Positions 48,365 through 62,474 are shown, counted from the stretch's first letter. The stretch: 64,000 bases of DNA from Elsinoe ampelina (GCA_010093995.1 ML992516.1:309413-373412), one strand, 5' to 3'. Numbers and translations: made by a program. Notes: generated by a model not told the origin, from the letters alone.

Positions 48365-49324
48365 TCAGAAACTAAGGTATTGTGGCTTGCAGTCGGGAGC
48401 ATCATCCCGGGCAATCTTCCAGACTTGCTCGATCTTATCCACCGAAGTTGCTTTCAACGGGCCCTTGGCTATACCCGACAAGGTGGACTCCAGTTGTTCT
48501 GGCCGACTCGACCCGACAATGACTGCATCACCTTCCTCTAAGATAGAATGGTAGTGCAACCATCGATACGCGAGCTCTGCAGGTGTAATACCCTCGTCCT
48601 TGGCTACTTCGCCCCACAATTTCAGACCTTCCAAGAGCTTTGGCTTGTTGAAGATGGAGTTGAACATGCCACCAAAGAAGTTTGACTGGGCGAAGCGACC
48701 AGGACCGAAACCCTCGCTGCCGGGCAGGTTGAAGCTCTCGAATGGTTTGGCCAGGAAACCTGCAGCCAGAGGCCAGTATACCCAGAATGAGATCTTCAAC
48801 TTGCGCAAGACAGGGAAGAGGTCCTCTTCACTGATCCTGGCAATTGCACTGTATTGGCCAGAGTATACCGTTGGTAAGATCCAACCGTTCTTCTTGCACA
48901 AGTCATAGACTTGTTGGGTCTCCTCTGCCGAGAAGTTGGACAGCCGGAAACGCTTGAACATGCCTTCCTTATGCAGGTCTGCGACCGCCCCCACATACTC
49001 TTCCATCGGCGTGTCTGGGTCTGGTGTCTGGAGAAAGTATAGGTCGATATCTGGAACGTTGGATTGTGACTCGCGAGCCGCTTCGAAAATTATGTCCCGC
49101 TTCAAGAGACCTTTCTTAAAGCCGGGTGTCTTGGTGTGGACACGGATAGGTAGGGTGCCTTGTAGCTTGCCCAGAACTGCCTCGCTCTGCGGGTAAATGA
49201 TGGAGGTGTCGACATCCCAGAGCTCATTCTCCTTGATGATACGGACGTACTCTTCCTTCACTTCAGACGACCAATCCGAGATCATACTTCCACCAAGTAC
49301 AACTTTGACACCGTTTGCAGACAT
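48365..49324 (-). CDS. Aldo-keto reductase (AKR7/aflatoxin B1 aldehyde reductase-like)
   Basis: 319 aa; DTSIIY, HTK, LSNF, LAYRWL, IVGSSRPEQLE; several consensus residues altered. Confidence 0.82.
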   Translation of the reverse strand: MSANGVKVVLGGSMISDWSSEVKEEYVRIIKENELWDVDTSIIYPQSEAVLGKLQGTLPIRVHTKTPGFKKGLLKRDIIFEAARESQSNVPDIDLYFLQTPDPDTPMEEYVGAVADLHKEGMFKRFRLSNFSAEETQQVYDLCKKNGWILPTVYSGQYSAIARISEEDLFPVLRKLKISFWVYWPLAAGFLAKPFESFNLPGSEGFGPGRFAQSNFFGGMFNSIFNKPKLLEGLKLWGEVAKDEGITPAELAYRWLHYHSILEEGDAVIVGSSRPEQLESTLSGIAKGPLKATSVDKIEQVWKIARDDAPDCKPQYLSF

Positions 49325-49440
49325 GATGTGGTTGTTTCGGGGCACTAGATGAGTGTTTGGATAGGGTAGAATGTGGGCTACGTTGACTACACCGAGGACA
49401 TCCTAGGTCTTTTGGCTTCGGCAACACCGTCACAGTCAGC

Positions 49441-49484
49441 ACCACAACATCTTGTTGACGGCAAACCACAACATCTTGGTGACG
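49441..49484. repeat. Direct repeat, 2 x 20 bp, upstream of AKR
   Basis: ACCACAACATCTTGTTGACG-gcaa-ACCACAACATCTTGGTGACG. Confidence 0.8.
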
Positions 49485-50349
49485 ACCAAGTAAGACTCGG
49501 AAGCCCTACTCACTATGCCAATCCCCGAGCCACCTCATCAGGAGCCCACATGCGTTCGCCGGGAACGAGGATCAATGAGGTCCGTGGTGTATGATTCGAA
49601 GCAGTCCATGCATTGTGGGTCCCCCACGAGTCGAGCAAGGGCAGTGGACGTGAGAGATATGGGACGGCATAGCCTAAATATGCTAGGCTCGTCTGAGATA
49701 TGGTATGACACGGGCCGAGTGGTTCGGCGTTCGCCAAAAGCTTGTCTTATTCGCAATATAAAGTGCCATTGCCCGGAAATGCCCTGCCCCGGGGTAGAAC
49801 TGCATCAACACGACACGGCAGCGGGCAGAGCTTTGTGGGTCGCACATGTTGTGCTCTCCACGGGGTGAGCTCAAGCCCCCATGCGCAGTTTTGTTCGCTT
49901 TTGGTCCATCGTTCGCAGTGGACCGAAAAGAGGAGGACGGACAAACCACCTATGTCCTCGCGACACATGTCCCAAGGCTCGACATCTCTGATCAATGAGT
50001 GGACAGGTTGCTCTAGTATTTTGTGAACAGCTAGGTATACATTCGACGACGTGCTATTTTACTGTCGACCCCGGCGATGTTCTTCCACGATTTGCGCTCC
50101 GGCTTGGCCTGCAAAACTGGTCGAGAGCTCCCCGACCAGTGAAGTCTCACCCACAGCGTCACCATTCCACCCTTCTTCTGGTCCGTCCTTCACCCAACAC
50201 AGATCAAGACCTTGAAGTATCTTCGCATCGCAGATATCGAGACGGCACGGCAAACCTTGCAACCACGAGTATCGCAGTGCAGCAAGCACTCGCGTACCGT
50301 CGAACTTCCGTGAATGATTCGCCGTCAAGCTCTGGCGTTCGTCGCACCT

Positions 50350-51677
50350 TCAGATCCGGGCAAAGAGCTTGCGTGCTTCTGTCAAGCGGATAGTCAGGAC
50401 CATGCCCGCACTCTCCAATGTCAGTGAGCCTGCGTAAAACATGGCGGGCCTTGCTGCGTTTTGGCCCGGGTCGCTGCCACCATACGCATCCAGTGAGTAA
50501 CCTGCCACAGGAACTCCCCGGTAGGGCATCAGTATCTCAAGATTTCGACCTCATAAGGTCGTCAGCATTGGCATGACATCTGCAAGCTCCTCATTTGCAG
50601 AGACAGCACCTGTGACGACCGGCATTAGGCTGAAAACCCCGCCCGAACCAATGACATTGAGAATGGCGAAGAAGACGAGAAGTCCTAGAGTCGAGGCGAA
50701 AGGCCAACAGGGAAGTGTTGTTATCCCAATCAAGGTGAGAGATATCAGCAAGTTGTTCACCGGACCGAAAAAGGCATCCGCTCCAAACCCCGTACCTGTT
50801 CGACCGACCGCAGATGCAAAGTTCCATGCGGCAAGAATGACGGCACCCATTTGACCAGAGATACCAATCGAGGCGACATAGAGTGGTAGTACGAATGGTG
50901 GAACAAAGAACGGGAGTGTTGCTGAAGAGCATGATAAGGATCCGGACATTCTTGACCAAACGCCTGTCGAATCGTCAGCGTCTTTGAGGAGCGCGAGCCA
51001 CAACTGTACACATAGCATTAGATCCCTGTGGCTGCACGAACTCGTCCTGGTGGTGCTTTCAAGAAGTACGATGCGGGAATGCATATAATCCATGCAGAAG
51101 CTCCCAGCACCTTCAAGGCCGTTTCAAGCCCACCGACTTCAATCAGCTTGTTCATCGAAAATGGCCAGACCTCGTTTCCGCTTGAACCACAATGAAGGTA
51201 CCGTGGCAGCTGGCTATCAAGCAGGTCAGCCCATCACTTCTTAACCTTAGATTACGATCTGGTCCCCACCAAGAATAACAATGCAGCTTCAGTACCAAAG
51301 AGTACTCCCTGAGTGAGAAAGATGGCTGTGACGGATTTGGTAGACCATCCAGCAGTGTACTCGCCCAATCCTGAGAACACGCTTCCCATTATCGAAGTAG
51401 CTCTGTATCCAATTCGCCTGAACAGTCTTGCTACAAGCATACCAGCCAGAGGCGACATGGCCGCACTGACTGATCCAACGAAGGACAGCGTAGACATGCT
51501 CGCAAGATTGGCTCTATTGAGATGGAGTTGCACGATTCCATAAGAATAGATCAAGCCTAGGTAGACAAAGAAGATGGGAGACCCGGCAGCGACGACAGGC
51601 CATCCTTCTGGCTTGTCCCAGCCATCATCATGGTCAATCTATGCATCTGGGGAGGATTCAGCATGTCTTCTATTCAT
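50350..51677 (-). pseudogene. Monocarboxylate-transporter-like (MCH/MCT) MFS pseudogene
   Basis: GWPVVAAG..LGLIYSYG, LTQGVLFG, WFKRKRGLA, FFVPPF, PVAGY, RPAMFYAG fragments broken by stops (51641-39, 51020-18, 50553-51) and several frameshifts. Confidence 0.85.
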
Positions 51678-52073
51678 GAAGATCTGCGCCTACCTTGTGC
51701 GGCGACTTCTTCTCGATCATTACCCGCCCGGCTGACAGAGACGCTGCAGAGGTACGACGGTCCCTGTTGAAGTAGCCATCTCCAGTGAATTTGAGATGCC
51801 GATTCTTGACCTACTTCTACCAATTTGCGAAGACACAGGTTCATGGGAATATTCGAGTGACACAAAAGAAATCCACTCTGGCTCACCCTGATGAATGCAG
51901 ATCCACGAATGGTGCAAAGCTTTTACTTGAAGGCAAAGCATTCGACATTCAAGATTTGTTGCACGTACCAAGTCGACGTTGGACAAGGAGTACTGAAGAG
52001 AGTGTCAAGCCTGCTGTTGCAGTCTCAGATCCCGCAATCGTGCCCGCGATCAGAGCTGCATACAGCCTTCACC

Positions 52074-52793
52074 ATGGCTATCCAGGAGCTCCATAGACTC
52101 AAGCCGGATCCTCGCCAGAACTCCGCAAACCACGAATCAACAAACGATGCCGAACTTGTCGCTACCGTCACCACATTCGATTACTCAGAACTCAACGACG
52201 TGCAATTGATTCGGTCCCTCACCTACACGATCAACGAGGCTTTCAACCTTTCCCACGTTCAGTCCAGGGCACTTCCTGCGTCTCGACCCCGCCTGGTGGA
52301 TGACTCAGCTTATCAGACGCACATGGGCACGAAGGGAGGGACTCTGAGTATTGTCGTCCAACATCCTCAGAGCCGTGCAGTCCTGGCAACAGTGGCGGCG
52401 AAACCATACATTCCACTAAGCCCCGAGGAGTTCGGGAAGCTTACCGGAGGGCGGGAGATATTCACACGCCGAGAAGTGCCCGATGGAGCTGGGAGTCAAC
52501 TGTGGGAGATCTCGCTGTTGGCAGTGAGTCCCCAGTATCAGCGCCGTGGATTGGCTTCATATCTGATGGAAGCCGTGGAGAAGAGAGTTCGACAGGCATG
52601 TGCTGCACGTGGAGCGACAGATGTCACTTTCTTGCTATGCACGATCAAGGAGATCAATGGTGATTTCTATGATCGTAAAGGGTATAAACGAGACTATGCA
52701 ACATATCAGGCGCCAGGAACGATTGGTAGCGAAACTGGCTTCACCGTTGATTTCATGTCCGAAGTGGTGGTTATACATGGACAGGAAAAATGA
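52074..52793 (+). CDS. GNAT family N-acetyltransferase
   Basis: Acetyl-CoA motif A LAVSPQYQRRGLASYLM and motif B FYDRKGY; 239 aa from MAIQEL. Confidence 0.85.
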   Translation: MAIQELHRLKPDPRQNSANHESTNDAELVATVTTFDYSELNDVQLIRSLTYTINEAFNLSHVQSRALPASRPRLVDDSAYQTHMGTKGGTLSIVVQHPQSRAVLATVAAKPYIPLSPEEFGKLTGGREIFTRREVPDGAGSQLWEISLLAVSPQYQRRGLASYLMEAVEKRVRQACAARGATDVTFLLCTIKEINGDFYDRKGYKRDYATYQAPGTIGSETGFTVDFMSEVVVIHGQEK

Positions 52794-53777
52794 TGACATG
52801 TCACTGCAATCAGGGTCATCGATATTTACATAATAAAGAGCCAGCATCCGCATTCACGAAACTTCTTCTGAAGCATCGGAACACCACTCGCATTTGTGTT
52901 TCTTTGCGGAATCACACCCGGAGACCATGTCTCATGACACCGCACTGCTTTACCTCCAACAGCAGGTCATTCCAGACATTCACACGCAGGGAGGGTGGGG
53001 GTCCACCACGAAGCATCCACACCTGCGGGAGAACGTCTGGAGAGCATGGCGCCGGTAGCCATACGAGCGTGGGCGCACCCTTCCATCTTCAGACACTGGT
53101 GGTTAGCCCGAGTTCCAAGCCTTCAGCCTCGAGAGAAGTCAGGGTTAGTTATGCCATTTTGGGTGAGCAATTGCTATCACCCAGCAACACGAAACGACGA
53201 ACGCGGAGATCTGCCCTTGCGGCTCTTCTTAGGGCATCTTATCAGCCGTTCGGATGCATTGCAGGGAGCCACTGCGGGGCTTGACATCAGAGTGCAGCCT
53301 CACGGTTCCTCTTCCAAAGTCCGCTGGGAGATATGAAGTCAACCACGGGAAGCGTTGAGATGAAGGGCCAGCCCGTTAGACTCTGACGTGCCTGTCTTGA
53401 CGTCCGGAAGACCATCAAAGAGTCAGTGCGCAGAGAAGACTCGATCTCAAGACTGGATGAGATTACCTAAAAGCGTAGAGTTGCTTGGAGTGAGGAAAAA
53501 TCTGCCGCCCTCGATTGGCTAGGGCCAAGGTGCAACTCATTACCGCATCGGTTTGAAAGTGGCACGCGACGGCAAGCCACTCACGATGCAGCACGGCAAC
53601 CCACCAGGAAAAGCCCTTTGCCTTGGATCCTCTCTCTGATCTGCTCCTGCTGCTGCCCACGTGCTGTTCGTTTAAGAAGGGGCCCAACCCTTTGGTCATT
53701 CGCGCCTTTGGATTTCCACTCCTAGTTTAACCCCGCCCGAACCTCCAAGACCCCTCCCCCTCCCCTCCCCGATCACC

Positions 53778-55790
53778 ATGGCGCTGGACGCACACGACAA
53801 CAACAAGTTCAAGGAGGACTTGAAAGCACGTGAAGAGTCTGGATCAGATCTGGCCACGGGCGAAGTTCGTGAGAATGCCGATGGGTTGCATAGACGTCTC
53901 AACAACAGGCAGATCCAATTGCTGGCCATTGGTGGCTCAATTGGTACTGCTCTGTTTGTGTCTATCGGTAGTGGTCTAAACAGAGGTGGCCCTGGCTCTC
54001 TGTTCCTCGCCTACACCATCTACGCATGCTTCCTGGCGCTGGTCAACAATTGTATTGCTGAGATGAGCACACTGCACCCTGTTTCTGGTGGATTCGTCCG
54101 ACTTGCAGGTCACTTTGTCGACGATGCCGTATGTGCATCACTACCCGGCCGTCCTGAAGCTTTGCTGACCATCTACAGTGGGGAACCATGGCTGGCTGGA
54201 ACTTCTTCTTCTATGAAGCGCTTTTGATTCCCTTTGAAATCACCGCCATCAATCTGGTCTTGACTTTCTGGTCCGACAATATTCCCGTGGCCGCCATTTG
54301 CGCGGCATGCATCGTCCTCTATGCGTATGACTCCCCCGACTCGACTCCTCCCAGAAGCGCCTTTTCTTTAGACCTTCCCAGTGCGACCACTCCCAGAGCA
54401 CCTTTTTCTTTGCCAGAAGCACCTTCTATCTTTTCCTTGGGCCGTGCATGTCATCTAGAAAGATTGTTTCTTTGGGCTGGGTAGGATACTTCAGGTGAAC
54501 AATTGCTAAACTCTCTCAGTGCTATCAATGTTCTCGCAGTTCGCGTCTTTGGCGAGGCCGAGTTCTGGCTTTCTGGCGGCAAGGTCATTTTGATCTTCCT
54601 CGTCTTCAGCTTCACCTTCGTCACCATGGTAGGTGGCAACCCGGACCGTGACGCCTACGGCTTCAGGTACTGGAGAGACCCAGGCGCCTTCGCCGAACAT
54701 CTCAGCACTGGCAGCTTGGGTCGCTTTGAAGGTTTCCTCGCCGCTCTCTGGTCAGCTTCTTTCACCGTCGTAGGCCCGGAATATATCGCCATGGCTGCTG
54801 CGGAGACCCAGCGTCCTCGGAGATATATCAAGACTGCTTTCAAGACTGTCTACTGGCGATTCGGTATCTTCTTCATCATCGGTGCTCTGTGCATCGGCAT
54901 CGTTATCCCTTACAACGACCCGACTCTTGATGGCATCTTGAACGGCGAAAGCGGTGGATCTGGTACTGCCGCGGCTTCGCCTTATGTCATTGCCATGAAC
55001 AATCTTCGCATTGAGGGTCTTCCTCACGTCGTCAACGCTCTGCTCCTGACCTCGATCTTCAGTGCCGGTAACACTTATACTTACTGCGCCACCCGAACTC
55101 TGTACTCTCTGGCTCTGGAGGGTCGTGCGCCAAAGATCCTCCGCAAGTGCACCCGAAATGGTGTTCCTTGGGCTGCTTTCTTGGTCGTCATTTGTTTCCC
55201 GTTCTTGTCCTTCTTGCAGGTCAGCAATGGTTCTTACCGGTCAGTACACCCCAATTGAAGACTTATGCTTGCGTACTGACTTGTTCTACAGTGTTCTGAA
55301 TATCCTGGTGTCCCTTATCACTGCCGGTGGTATTACGAATTACATTGTCATGTCCGTGACCTACATCTTCTTCTACAAAGCATGCCAGGTTCAAGGCGTC
55401 GACCGCCGCAGCTTCCCCTACTACGGTCGCTTCCAGCCCTATTCCGCTTACATTGGTCTCGGCTGGATGGCCTTCATTGTTATCTTCTACGGCTATGCCA
55501 CATTCCGCACCACCTTCTCTGCCGAGACCTTTTTCAGCAATTACACGATTCAGATCGTCATGCCAATCATCTTCATCGGCTGGAAGCTCATCAAGAAGAC
55601 CAAGTTTGTCAAGCCTCACGAGGCTGATCTAATCTGGGAGCGTCCTATCGTTGACGAGTACGAGGCCCAGGCGGATGTGCTTGAAGGACCACCGACTGGC
55701 TTCTGGAGAGAGATGGGAGATCTATTCACCTTCAACCTCTTCAACAAGCACCGAAAGAGCAGGAAAGCCAGCGCTGCTGGATTTTCATGA
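53778..55790 (+). CDS. Amino acid permease (APC/YAT family, AGP2-like)
   Basis: LHRRLNNRQIQLLAIGGSIGTALF, FGEAEFW, GFRYWRDPG, ASPYVIA; introns 54129-54178, 54325-54519, 55240-55291. Confidence 0.92.
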
Positions 55791-55960
55791 GTCGTTTTCA
55801 TTCTTCGAACATCCGACCACGATCGTGTGACGACAAACAGAGTCAGTAATCGTTTCAAGCAAGATACCAAAGCATTCAAATGCAAGCAAAAGTTGACATG
55901 GTCCATCCTTCGTATCATTGACAAGCGCATCGACCACTAACACACGACAAAAAATGTCCA

Positions 55961-57686
55961 TCATTGCACCTTCTTCCCCTCCCTATACTCCTCCGCCAAA
56001 GTCTCATAATCCCACGGCTTATACGGCACCACCAACTCCCTCCACCCACCCCCCTTCCTCCTCCACCTCAACCCCAAATCCCTCACCAACAAATCAAAAT
56101 ACGGCAAACAATCAAACGCCAAATCCGGCAGCGTCGCCCCATAGCCGCACGGATACCGCCACTTGCCCCACTGACTATGCAACACGGCCTCCTCGACCGC
56201 CTCCCCTTCCGTGCCCGCGATCCGCTCCACCCTGCCGTCGAAATACGCGCTGATCCACAACCCCTGCACCGCGGCGCAGATACTCGTCGACACAGTGGAC
56301 ACGGCGCCGGCAAAGGCGATGTTGCGCTTGCCCAACGAGGCGACGGGGATCATGAAACGGTACAGCCTCAGGGGATCTTTGCTATCGGGAACGAAGCGGA
56401 GGTCAGGCTGGGCGGCGAGGGAGGGGAACTGTGACAGGACGGTGGCGTCGGCTTGCGCGGAGAGTTTCTCGAGCTCGACTTTGTCGACGGGGAGGGTGAT
56501 GTTGAAGTTGAGGTAGCGCAGGGAGGGCTCTTTCTTCCATCCTGTGGCCGCGATGAGGACGTCGCTCGGTAGCTTGTCGCCGGTGGAGAGATGCACGGTG
56601 CGAGGGGAGAGGTGGGTCACGTTGGCGATGTGGACGCGGATCTTGCCTGCTTTGACGAGGTCGAAGATGTTGGTTTGGTAGTTGTGGATGGAGAGGCCCG
56701 AGGCGATCCAGAAGGCGCTGTGCCACGGTTTGAGCTTGGCGGTTTCCGGGTGCGAGTCGTACCCGTGCGCGGTGGTCACGTCGTTGCCGAGTGTGGCCCA
56801 GAATTTGCTGACGAGCCAGCGCCCGATGGTGCTGCTGTGGAGCCATCGGCGGATGGTAGGGTAGCCGTCTTCGGGGCCCCAGGGGCAGGGGCTGAACCAG
56901 CTGAGGAAGCGCGTGTGGAGGAGCTCTTCGGTCTTCTTTTTGAGAGGGGTTACGTAGGGAGGGGCGAGCCAGACCGGGCCTTTGCCGTCCGGGCGGATCA
57001 CGAGGTCGACGGTGACACCGGCTTGAGTGTAGGCGTAGGCTACGTCGAGGGCGGATTTGGCGCCACCCAGGATGACTGCGTTCTTGGAGTTTTGGAGAGT
57101 GGCGGATTGGACATAAAAGTCCTTTGCGTGGAAGAAAGGGGCGCCAAAGTCCTTTTCGCCTGGGAAGCTGAGCATGTTGGGCTCTGATGTAAGGCCGGTG
57201 GCGAGAATGATCTTCTTGGTCTCGAGGGTAGTTGTCGATCCGCCTGTGGTTGTGCTTACCTTCCATCCACCTGCGCTGGATGGTTCTATCGAGTTGACCT
57301 TTGTCTCGAAGACGATCCGGCTGAAGACACCAAATTTCTTTGCATAGTCTGTGAGGTATCTATGCAGGGTGGCGGCTGGGATGTGATCGCCATCCTTGAC
57401 CCCGTAGACTTCTTCGCTCATGCGAAAGTCCGGATATTCATATGACCCAGCGATGTTGTTGGACTTGAGACCTGGGTAAAGCCGGTCATTGCCCCAAGTG
57501 CCACCACATGAGTTTGCTGACTCTAGGACTAGGATGTTCTCGGATGGGTGAAGCTCCAGGTATGCTTTTGCACTCGCAAGACCAAACCATCCTATGGCAG
57601 GTTTAGATCGTGTCTAGTAATTTGGTATTTTGAAGCTTACCTGCCCCAACCACCACAAGATCGTACTCTGTCTCTTTGGATGGCAT
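55961..57686 (-). CDS. Class B flavin-containing monooxygenase (FMO-like)
   Basis: YDLVVVGA|GWFG (intron 57640-57592), GGTW, ATG motif, FMO-like fingerprint FGAPFFHAKDF, second Rossmann GGAKSA. Confidence 0.9.
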
Positions 57687-58452
57687 GATGGGTCACCAGT
57701 CACCAATTGCGTGATGTCTCTCGAACCTGTGGGGAATCGATGCTGCGTTCAACACGAGTGGCAAGAAAAAGACATGAATGAAAAACACACGTGCGGGAGA
57801 TCAGGACCGTTTAAGCATCAACCTCAAGCCACCTTCCGACTATCAGTAAAGGCAGACGCGTGGTTGATGCTATCGCTCCCCTCGCCATGTTTGTGTCAAG
57901 ACATCCATCTTATCTCACAAGCGACTGACCTGGTCTCAGAACATACCCGACACGCCTGACCATGAAAACGAGGCTGATACAGAGGCATCTCGTTGCCTGT
58001 GAGTGCTCACACTCTCTACATACAGGGCTCTTATCGCCAAAACGTCCAGAACTGATCCGCCGCTATCGATGCTCCACGCCATTCTCGTTCGGGCAAGGTG
58101 ACCTGCGGGGAGAGCTCCGGTCGATATCAGGGACTTGGCCATAGCTCCAACCTTGTCTTTACCTCTTTCCAGGAGCTTGGTCCTCCAGTACATATCCGAC
58201 GCCCCTAGCCGCCATCACAATGGTGTCCCACCCGCCTACAGTGTACCCGTACGTCCATCGTTTCTGTGTGTACTACCAACACTGCTCCGCATGAATGGAC
58301 CGCAACAAGCCGTGACACATTAGTCCTCACGTAAGTAAGCCTGCAAAGAGCTCAAGAGCACTTGTTGTTCCGTCTCTCTTTCAGACTTGTTGTATCACTC
58401 TTCTTACGTGCAACTCTACCCCAAGTAACAACACTCGAGTCTATCATCATAA

Positions 58453-59535
<1,083 letters not shown>

Positions 59536-59717
59536 ATGGTCACATCAATGTATCTCTTCACGGTGATGCTGCTCTCCGGGTGAAACGATAGTGGTGTATC
59601 GGTCTACATGCCAAACTGCCTTTACGAATATAGCGAGTACATCGATAGTCGTGGCCATGTGAGACGCTCAGCCTCTCTGGATTCTGACCATAGGTCTATT
59701 TGGTATGTACATGATCT

Positions 59718-60574
59718 CTACATGTGTATCCTCCCGTTGTGAATACCTCCGGTCATGGCAATGTCCGACCCAGTAGTGTATGCCGATGCATCGCTAAGCA
59801 AATAAATGACACCACCCGTCAGATCATTCTGCGTTCCCATACGCCTCAATGGGGGAGCAGTATCCATGAACGCCGACTCCCGCTCATCCTTGAGTTTCCT
59901 CACCACCGCTGTCTGCTCGGATGCAATGAATCCGGGTGAGATGGTGTTGACCCGGATCCCCCATTCGCCAACTTCCGATGCAAGGGCTTTTGACATCATG
60001 AGCACGCCACCTTTTGAGGCATTGTATGCCGCCATACGGTAGCCTGGTAGGACGCTGTGGGATGTCACTGATGCCACGAGAACGATGCTGCCTCCCCGGC
60101 CTTGCTTCTTCATCTGCTTGACTGCTAGTTGAGCAGCAAAGAATGTCCCGAGTACCTAAGCATGTCAGTCTTAGTCCACGGTATTGTGACCAGGACACTT
60201 ACGTTGATTTGCTGGATCCTCTCCGCCTCCTGCCACGTCTGCTCTGTGAAAGGCTTGTCGATGGCGATACCGGCAGAAGTGAAAAGACCATCGACACCAC
60301 CAAGAAACTCAACCGCCTTGTCGAAACTCGACGTGAGCTGATCTTCCTTGCTCACGTCTGTTTTGAAGTAGGCTGTCTTGACGCCAAACTTTTGTGCGTA
60401 CTCGTCGAATTCTGGCTCTGGCTTATCCTTGATATCCAGGACGGCGATATTGCCACCATATTCAGCGATTGCTCGCACGACCGCGAGACCGATTCCCTGA
60501 CCTCCACCCGTCACAACATAGTTCCGCTTGGTGAGCTCGAATTTGGGACGAACGTCCTCTAGGGTATATGACAT
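59718..60574 (-). CDS. Short-chain dehydrogenase/reductase
   Basis: TGGGQGIG, TSAG, catalytic YNASK, RVNTISPG; intron 60202-60156. Confidence 0.9.
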
Positions 60575-61104
60575 GCTGGTGGGCTCAAATGGACTGAGGA
60601 TGTACAGAAACAGGGAAGTGTCAACGTGAAAGGGGGTCAGAGATATTGGTGCTTCGATTGTATCACAATGGCTTACCTAGCAATGGCAGAGTCCACTAGG
60701 ATAATACCCATATCGCCATTTTGCCCCTTTAGAGTTTGCATACGGCGGAAGATCGGTGAGCCGGTGCGTCGGAAGTGCATGAAGCAAAAGACTGGCGGAA
60801 GATGCACCCCCCAAGACCTCAACCAATCAGTGCAGTTGCCGCCAGCGTGACAGATGGTGGGTTTTTGATCTCTCTCCGCCACCGGATGTTCTGGCCCGCC
60901 TCGATGAACACATCCTCATCGCCACAGGAAGCTTTCTGTCGATCGGATGCGCACTGATAGCGTGGTTGTATGACACTGCTCGTTGACATTGTCATTCACC
61001 ACCCTCGTAAGTACATTTTATGCAGAAGATACTGCACGTTTCTATACCATCCCCCGATTGGCACATTAGCTGCAGCGATTTCCCCCACGCGGTATAACTC
61101 GATC

Positions 61105-62474
61105 ATGGCCGAGACGAATGGCAACAATGGTGTAAATGCCACGAACGGCACCAATGGGCACAGCACATCTCTGCCTCCTGTTGAACCACTACCACAACCC
61201 AAGATCACACGACTGAGCTCAGGGAGTCCATTACTACTGCCTCTCTCACGACGAGGAACTGGACCGGGTCTCATTGTTGTGACCCCAGAGTCGTCAGCAT
61301 CAAATCTCGACATCATCGAGGGCGTTCCTTCACCATTGATCAAGTGGGCGGAAGAGAGCTTCACTGTCGTAGAGATCAAATCATCTGCGATACAGAAGGA
61401 TGCAAGCACAGCACTCCGCGAAGCTCAAGATGCCCTCTCGAGTTGTTCACAATGCGAGCCAAAGGACAAGATTGCCATGGTCGTGTACGACTACACAGTA
61501 TGGGATCAGCTCACCCCCTTTCTCAACAAAGGCTCGTCGTTCGGAGGTGCAGTAGTCTACGGCTCTACATCAAGCTCCCTGAGTCGGGTCGCGGTGCCCA
61601 CAGCTGAACATCTAGCCGGCAAAGCATCCACCAAACTCGAACGCACCTCCACCTTCATCGCCTACGACTATCCCTCCGCCTCACCCTCCTTCGCCGTCCC
61701 CTTCCAACCAGACTTTCACTACGCCACCGAAGCCATCTCCCACACTCGCAACCTGACCTTTCTCAAAAAACACCTCGACGGACCCTACTTCGACCTCGAA
61801 GCCATCTGGGACGAACACACCTACTGGGAATTCGAGAACCGCTCGGTCGAACACACGATGGCGACCATGGTGCAAGAGCCGTACGTGAATCACATCCCGA
61901 CACTCACAGGCGGCATCGGTAGGGAACAACTCACGGATTTCTACCGGCATCACTTCATCTTCAGCAACCCCGAAAGCACAGAACTAGAGCTCATCTCGCG
62001 CACAGTCGGCATCGATCGCGTGGTGGACGAATTCATCTTCAAACTCACCCACACGCAGCAGGTAGACTGGCTGTACGGTTCCCCCTTTTCTCTTCCCTCT
62101 GCCTTGCCTTCTTTTTCTCCTCCCTGACCCTGTCTCCTCCACAGACTGACCTCCTCGCTAGCCTCCCCGGCGTCCCCCCAACCAACCGCCTCCTCGAAAT
62201 CCCCTTCACCGCCGTGGTCAACATCCGCGGCGACCGTCTCTACCACGAGCACATCGCGTGGGACCAAGCCACTGCTCTGGCCCAATGCGGGTTACTACCA
62301 GAGTTTCTCCCCTTCCCTTACCCCTTGGCGGACGGGAGTAAGCCGACCCCAGGCGGGAGGTTTCAGTATCAGTTGCCGGTGGCAGGCGTTGAAGGGGCGA
62401 GGAAAATGAGGGACAAGAATGGGACGGGGAGTAATGCCATGTTTGGGTATGGGGTGAGGGAAGTGAGGGACTAG
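61105..62474 (+). CDS. Degenerate dienelactone-hydrolase domain fused to SnoaL/NTF2-like domain
   Basis: GPGLIVV..SHTRNLTFLK N-domain, then DLEAIWDEHTYWEF, TMVQEPYVNHIPT, SRTVGIDRVVDEF, WL|LPGVPPT, LYHEHIAWDQA; intron 62073-62161. Confidence 0.85.
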
